Shown here: positions 7,079 to 11,485 of the stretch, in pieces
Layout: the number at the start of each line of letters is the position of its first letter
How positions within the stretch are numbered: position 1 is the first letter of the stretch
From: Candidatus Eiseniibacteriota bacterium
GTDB taxonomy: Bacteria; Eisenbacteria; RBG-16-71-46; DASYSL01
NCBI GenBank assembly: GCA_046598045.1
Contig: JBKJJJ010000145.1
Location: 1-11,485 of the forward strand
Reading direction: 5' to 3'
DNA: 11,485 bases
The notes under the pieces: generated by a model
The model's input: the letters and a program-made list of their open reading frames with translations, nothing else
Database searches by the model: none
Told to the model about the DNA's origin: nothing
Made by a program: the position numbers and the translations under genes

Positions 7079-7196
7079 GATGTTCGGAGTGGTGAGGGGA
7101 TCGAGGTGGCAACGAAGTTCGCAATGTAGCGACAACGGACGACAACCCCACGGAGGGGACGAGCGCGAGGAGAATGCTCCATGCGCGGCCTCCGGG

Positions 7197-8255
7197 TCAA
7201 TGGTCCTGTATGCCCGCCCGCGCGCGGGACGCCTCGGGGACGAGCTGAGCAAGCGCGTCGAGGACCATCGCCGGCGTGAAGTCCCGCACACACCGGTGGT
7301 GCCCGAGCGGGCAGCGCGCGAGTCCGTGGAGCGTGCAGGGCTGGCAGGCGAGCCCGGCGCAAAGGACCCGGTGCCCTTCCCCGGCGGGCGCGAACCCCAA
7401 TACCGGGTCGGTCGAGCCGAACAGCGCCACCACCGGAACCCCCACCGCCGCCGCCAGATGCATGAGCCCGGTGTCGTTGGTCACTGCCGCCCGGGCGAGT
7501 TGGGTCGCCGCTGCGAGATCGACCAGCGGGCCCTCGAACCAGCGCGCCTGCGCTTCTCCGGTAGCCCAGTCGGCCAGGGCCGGGAGCGTGGCCCGGTCGG
7601 AGGTATCGCCCCCGATCAGCACCCGAAAGCCGGCCCCGACGAGCGCCCGCCCGAGCGCGAGGTAGGACTCCTCGGGCCACTGTTTCGTCGCCCAGCGCGC
7701 CCCGGGAGCCAGGAAGACCAGCGGTCCCCCGCCCCAGGCGTCGGACCACGCCGACGCCCGCTCGCGGGCCGCGTCCGGCAGCACGAAGCGCGGGGGTGCC
7801 GCCCGCGCGGGATCCGCGCCCAGCGGCGCCACCGCGTCGACGAAGCGCAGCCACGCCGCGCGGACCGGCCGCGGGTGGGTCCAGCGCAGCGAGACCCAGC
7901 GCCGGCGCGACCAGCGCGCCGCCCGCCAGGCGAACACCCGCGGGTGCCCGGAGAGCAGCGCGCGCGAACGCGGACTGGTCTGCAGGTCGACCACCGCCTC
8001 GAATGCGGCCTCGGCGATGCGGCGGCGCCACGCCGCGATCCCCTGGGGGGCGCGCTCCTCGCCGGGTGCGAGCGCCCACACCTCGTGCGCCCAGGGTTGG
8101 CCGCGCACGAGGCCCTCGTACTCGCTCTTGACGAGGAACGTGATCCTGAGCCCGGGGCGCGCGGCGAAAAGCGCCTGCCCCGCCGCACCGGCGAGCACGA
8201 CGTCGCCGAGGGACCCCAGGCGGACGAGCAGGATGTCGTGCGCGGCCAGGGTCAG
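7197..8255 (-). CDS. GT9 ADP-heptose:LPS heptosyltransferase-family protein (second paralogue); start probably CTG at 8255 or 8249
   Basis: Motifs 'DILLVRLGSLGDVVLAG' (mostly upstream of the track's GTG at 8198), 'VVDLQ', 'LAPGARWATKQWP', 'TNDTGLMHLAAAVGVPVVALFGST', 'CQPCTLHG..RCPLGHHRC'. The start codon is uncertain. Confidence 0.85.
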   Translation of the reverse strand: MTLAAHDILLVRLGSLGDVVLAGAAGQALFAARPGLRITFLVKSEYEGLVRGQPWAHEVWALAPGEERAPQGIAAWRRRIAEAAFEAVVDLQTSPRSRALLSGHPRVFAWRAARWSRRRWVSLRWTHPRPVRAAWLRFVDAVAPLGADPARAAPPRFVLPDAARERASAWSDAWGGGPLVFLAPGARWATKQWPEESYLALGRALVGAGFRVLIGGDTSDRATLPALADWATGEAQARWFEGPLVDLAAATQLARAAVTNDTGLMHLAAAVGVPVVALFGSTDPVLGFAPAGEGHRVLCAGLACQPCTLHGLARCPLGHHRCVRDFTPAMVLDALAQLVPEASRARAGIQDH

Positions 8256-10165
8256 TCCGTGGGCTGGAACTGGAGCCCGTGCAGGTGTGCATAGAGCCCG
8301 GCGCGGGCGAGCAGTTCGCCGTGGCGGCCCTCCTCGACGATCTTGCCGCGCTCGAGCACGACGATGCGATCGGCCCGCTGCACGGTCGAGAGGCGGTGCG
8401 CGATGATGAGCGCGGTGCGGCCGACGCGCAGGCGCTCGATCGCGTCCTGCACCTGGGCTTCGCTCGCACTGTCGAGCGACGAGGTCGCCTCGTCGAGGAT
8501 CAGGATCGCCGGGTCCTTGAGCACCGCGCGCGCCATCGCGATGCGCTGGCGCTCGCCGCCCGAGAGCTTGACGCCGCGCTCCCCGATCGGCGTGTCGTAA
8601 CCATGCGGCAGGCGCAGGATGAAGTCGTGCGCGTTGGCCGCGCGCGCCGCGGCCTCGATGCGGTCGTGGGGAACGTCGTCGCGGCCGTACGCGATGTTGC
8701 GCGCCACCGTGTCGTGGAACAGGATCGTCTCCTGGGGGACAATGCCGAACAGGGGCCTCAAGTCCGCGAGGCGCAGGTCGCGCAGGTCCTGTCCGTCGAG
8801 CGTGATCCGGCCGCCCGTCGGGTCATAGAAGCGGGGCAGCAGGTCCGCGATCGTCGACTTGCCCGCGCCGCTGGGCCCGACCAGCGCCACGGTCTCGCCC
8901 CGGCGCAACGTGAGCGACAGGTGTTCGAGCACGACCCCGCCCTCGGCATAAGCGAACGCCACGTCCTCGAAGCGGATCGCGTCCCTGAAGCCGGTCACCT
9001 CGAGCGCGTCCGGCCGGTCCTGGATGCCGGCCTCGGTGTCGAGCAGGCGGAAGATGCGGTCCCCCGCCGCGAGGCCCTCCTGCATGGTCGCGTTCACGTT
9101 CGCCAGCTTCTTGAGCGGGGACATCATCGACAGCAACGCCACCACGAACAGGAAGAAATTCTGGGGCTCGAGCGTGTGCTCGCGGAAGATCAGCTGGCCG
9201 CCGTACCAGAGCACGCCCGCGAACACGAGGATCATCGCGTACTCGGTGATCGGCGAAGCCGCCTCCCCCATGCGCCGCAGGCGCAGGAACGCCCGGTAGA
9301 AGCGCTCGTTCTCGTGCGCGAAACGGTCGGCCTCCCAGTGTTCGGCGTGGAACGCCTTGACCACGCGAATGTTGGCGAGCGTCTCGTGCAGCACCGCCTG
9401 GACGTCGGCCATGCGCTCCTGCGTCGCCGACGATCGCTTGCGCATCTTGCGCCCGATCCACACCACGAACCCGACGACCGGCGGAAGGATCAGCAGGCTG
9501 ACGAGCGCGAGTTTCCACGAGGCCCAGAACACCCAGAACAGGGCGCCCGCGAGCAGCAGCGACTCCTTGACCACGTTCGAGACCCCGGCCGCGAGCGCGC
9601 TGCGCACGAGCTGCACGTCGTTGACGATGCGCGAGGCGAGGATGCCGACGCGTTCGCCGTGGAAGAACGCGAGCGAAAGCGAGTGCACGTGCCGGACGAG
9701 CGCGTTGCGCAGGTCCCGCACCACGCCCTGCTCGATCGACGCCATGAGGAACGACTGCAGGTAATCGAAAACGTTCTTCAGCAGGAACGCGGCCAACAGC
9801 AGCAAGCACATCCGCCCGAGCGCCGCGAGCGGCGGGCGCCCGAACAGGAAGCCCTCGAGCGGCCGGCGCAGCACGGCCGGCCAGCGATCGAGGCTTCCCC
9901 ACTTCGCGCTCGGCAGCAGCGCGCGCGCGGCGTCCCCCGGGGCCGGCGCGGAAGCGCCTCCCGGCGTGGCGGCGACGGTCGGCGTGTGCGTGGCCGTGAG
10001 GATGGCCGTGGATGAGGGTGCGAACAGGATCTGCACGAACGGCGAGAACAGTCCGATGGTCACGCCCGACGCCGCAGCGTAGAGGGCCATGCAGAGGATC
10101 GCCGCCGCGAGGCGGCCGCTGTACGGCCTCAGATACGACAGCAGGCGGGGCAGTGTGCGCGCCAT
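8252..10165 (-). CDS. msbA: MsbA-like lipid A-core ABC exporter (fused TMD-NBD half transporter)
   Basis: N-terminal hydrophobic helices, Walker A GPSGAGKST, Q-loop VPQE, signature LSGGERQR, Walker B ILILDEATS, H-loop IAHRLST. The LPS gene context supports MsbA, but the substrate is inferred. Confidence 0.8.
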   Translation of the reverse strand: MARTLPRLLSYLRPYSGRLAAAILCMALYAAASGVTIGLFSPFVQILFAPSSTAILTATHTPTVAATPGGASAPAPGDAARALLPSAKWGSLDRWPAVLRRPLEGFLFGRPPLAALGRMCLLLLAAFLLKNVFDYLQSFLMASIEQGVVRDLRNALVRHVHSLSLAFFHGERVGILASRIVNDVQLVRSALAAGVSNVVKESLLLAGALFWVFWASWKLALVSLLILPPVVGFVVWIGRKMRKRSSATQERMADVQAVLHETLANIRVVKAFHAEHWEADRFAHENERFYRAFLRLRRMGEAASPITEYAMILVFAGVLWYGGQLIFREHTLEPQNFFLFVVALLSMMSPLKKLANVNATMQEGLAAGDRIFRLLDTEAGIQDRPDALEVTGFRDAIRFEDVAFAYAEGGVVLEHLSLTLRRGETVALVGPSGAGKSTIADLLPRFYDPTGGRITLDGQDLRDLRLADLRPLFGIVPQETILFHDTVARNIAYGRDDVPHDRIEAAARAANAHDFILRLPHGYDTPIGERGVKLSGGERQRIAMARAVLKDPAILILDEATSSLDSASEAQVQDAIERLRVGRTALIIAHRLSTVQRADRIVVLERGKIVEEGRHGELLARAGLYAHLHGLQFQPTD

Positions 10166-10184
10166 GGCGGAGGGCCCCGCGGCC

Positions 10185-11435
10185 CTAGGCGTCCTGCGCG
10201 TCGAGCGCCGCGATCGCCGTCATGTTGACCACGTCCTCGACGTCGAAGCCGGTCTGCAGCACGTGCACCGGGCGCCGCATCCCGGTCAGGATCGGACCCA
10301 CCGACTCGGCCCCGCCGAGCGCGGTGAGGAGTTGGTAGGCGAGGTTCCCCGACTCGAGGTCCGGGAACACCAGGACGTTCGCCGGGCCCTCGAGCGTGGA
10401 GAATGGAAACGCCTCCGTGCGAAAGCCGGGATCGAGCGCAGCCTGGGCTTGCATCTCGCCGTCGACCATGAGCGTGGGTTCGAGCTGGTGGAGGATCTCG
10501 ACCGCCTTCCGAACCTTGCGGGAGCGCGCGTGGTCGACCGACCCGAAGTTCGAGAACGACAGCAGCGCCACGCGCGGCTCGACCTCGAAGCGGCGCGCGA
10601 GCCGCGCCGTCAGGATCGCGATTTCCGCCAGCTCCTCGGAACTCGGGTCGATGTTGACGGTGGTGTCCGCGAGGAAGTAGAGCCCGGTGCGGAAGATCAG
10701 GACGTAGACGCCGCAGGCGCGCTTCACGCCCTCCTTGGTACGCACGAGCGAGAGCGCCGGACGGAGCGTCTCCGGGTAGTGGCGGCTGATCCCGCCCACG
10801 AAGCCGTCGGCTCCGCCCTGCTCGACCATCAGCAGCCCGAAGAGCGTCGGGTCGTTGATCAGCGCCTCGGCCTCGACCGCGGCCACGCCGCGCCGGCCGC
10901 GCAAGGCGAGCAGGCGCTCGAGATAGGCGTCGCGATTCGCCGGGTCGGTCGGATCGACGATCTCGACCTCCGATAGCGCGAGCCCGAGGTCTCCCATCTT
11001 GAGCCGGATCAGCGCCGGGTCCCCGAGCAGGACGGGGCGCGCGATGCGTTCCTCGACCACGATCTGGCAGGCGCGCAGGATCTTCTCATGTTCGCCTTCC
11101 GGAAATACGATGCGCTTCGGGCGGCGCGAGGCGCGGATGCGCACGCGGCGCATGAACTGGCGCTCGAGGCCGAGCAGGCGCTCGAGCCGGTGGCGATAGG
11201 CCTCGGGGTCGAGCGTGCGGCGGGCCACGCCCGAGGCGATCGCCGCCTCGGCGACCGCCGGCGCGACCCACAGCAGCGCGCGCGGATCGAACGGCTTCGG
11301 GATGATGTACTCGGGCCCGAAGCGCAGCGAGTCGTCGCCATAGGCGCGCGCGACCTCGTCGGGCACGTCCTGCCGGGCGAGGGCCGCGAGCGCCCGCACC
11401 GCGGCGATCTTCATGGGTTCGGTGATCGCGCTCGC
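10185..11435 (-). CDS. maeB: NADP-dependent malic enzyme with phosphotransacetylase-like C-terminal domain; 5'-truncated
   Basis: End of the malic enzyme domain 'ASAITEPMKIAAVRALA..FGPEYIIPKPFDPR..VAPAVAEAAIASGVA', then the PTA-like domain 'KRIVFPEGE', 'ADTTVN', 'PRVALLSFSNFGS', 'VDGEMQ', 'ANVLVFPDL', 'GPILTG'. Met 11414 is internal, not the true start. Confidence 0.93.
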   Translation of the reverse strand, partial: ASAITEPMKIAAVRALAALARQDVPDEVARAYGDDSLRFGPEYIIPKPFDPRALLWVAPAVAEAAIASGVARRTLDPEAYRHRLERLLGLERQFMRRVRIRASRRPKRIVFPEGEHEKILRACQIVVEERIARPVLLGDPALIRLKMGDLGLALSEVEIVDPTDPANRDAYLERLLALRGRRGVAAVEAEALINDPTLFGLLMVEQGGADGFVGGISRHYPETLRPALSLVRTKEGVKRACGVYVLIFRTGLYFLADTTVNIDPSSEELAEIAILTARLARRFEVEPRVALLSFSNFGSVDHARSRKVRKAVEILHQLEPTLMVDGEMQAQAALDPGFRTEAFPFSTLEGPANVLVFPDLESGNLAYQLLTALGGAESVGPILTGMRRPVHVLQTGFDVEDVVNMTAIAALDAQDA

Positions 11436-11485
11436 GGCCCTCGCCCGGCAGGACGTGCCCGACGAGGTCGCGCGCGCCTATGGCG
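11336..11485. repeat. Perfect 58-bp inverted repeat (11336-11393 / 11428-11485) ending at the last base of the window; likely fold-back artefact
   Basis: 11428-11485 is the exact reverse complement of 11336-11393, separated by a 34-nt spacer. Confidence 0.95.

Noticed and set aside
7068..7151. Upstream GTG start for the subtilase
   Set aside because: The ATG at 7067 has a strong SD and is directly followed by a signal-peptide-like segment.
1824..8294. 2156-aa plus-strand ORF
   Set aside because: Arg/Gly/Ala-rich with no recognisable motifs, and antisense to several well-supported genes. It is a shadow ORF caused by extreme GC and codon bias.
8279..10976. Plus-strand ORFs 8279-10015 and 10089-10976
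   Set aside because: Antisense shadows of msbA and maeB.
10185..11414. Stand-alone phosphotransacetylase (pta) gene
   Set aside because: It carries the tail of the malic enzyme domain (YIIPKPFDPR), so it is truncated maeB cut by the fold-back and window edge.
11336..11485. Terminal inverted repeat interpreted as a MITE/IS end or structured RNA
   Set aside because: One arm is ordinary maeB coding sequence, the copy is perfect and stops at the sequence end, and no transposase or target duplication is present.
1..11485. CRISPR arrays, tandem repeat arrays, rRNA/tRNA, integrases
   Set aside because: None seen by eye. Short GC palindromes and CGCG runs are expected at this base composition.

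Overview
Very GC-rich bacterial DNA in which every credible gene lies on the minus strand. In transcription order (right to left): the 3' part of maeB (malic enzyme-PTA fusion), an MsbA-like ABC exporter, a GT9 heptosyltransferase-like gene, a ~1043-aa secreted multidomain subtilase with its own RBS and terminator, an archaeal/eukaryote-type proS, waaF, and a GT4 glycosyltransferase fused in frame to a GmhB-like HAD phosphatase that runs off the left edge and is missing from the ORF track. The window is therefore an LPS core/export cluster interleaved with proS and a protease cassette. The protease's FlgD-Ig/T9SS-like C-terminal tail plus the high GC suggest an FCB-associated lineage such as Ca. 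Eisenbacteria, which is inference only. The most notable points are the GT4-GmhB fusion, the subtilase with Glu where the catalytic His should be, a GT9 gene that appears to need a CTG start, and a perfect 58-bp fold-back at the right end that is probably an assembly chimera. I found no mobile element, CRISPR array, RNA gene or clearly new multi-gene system.
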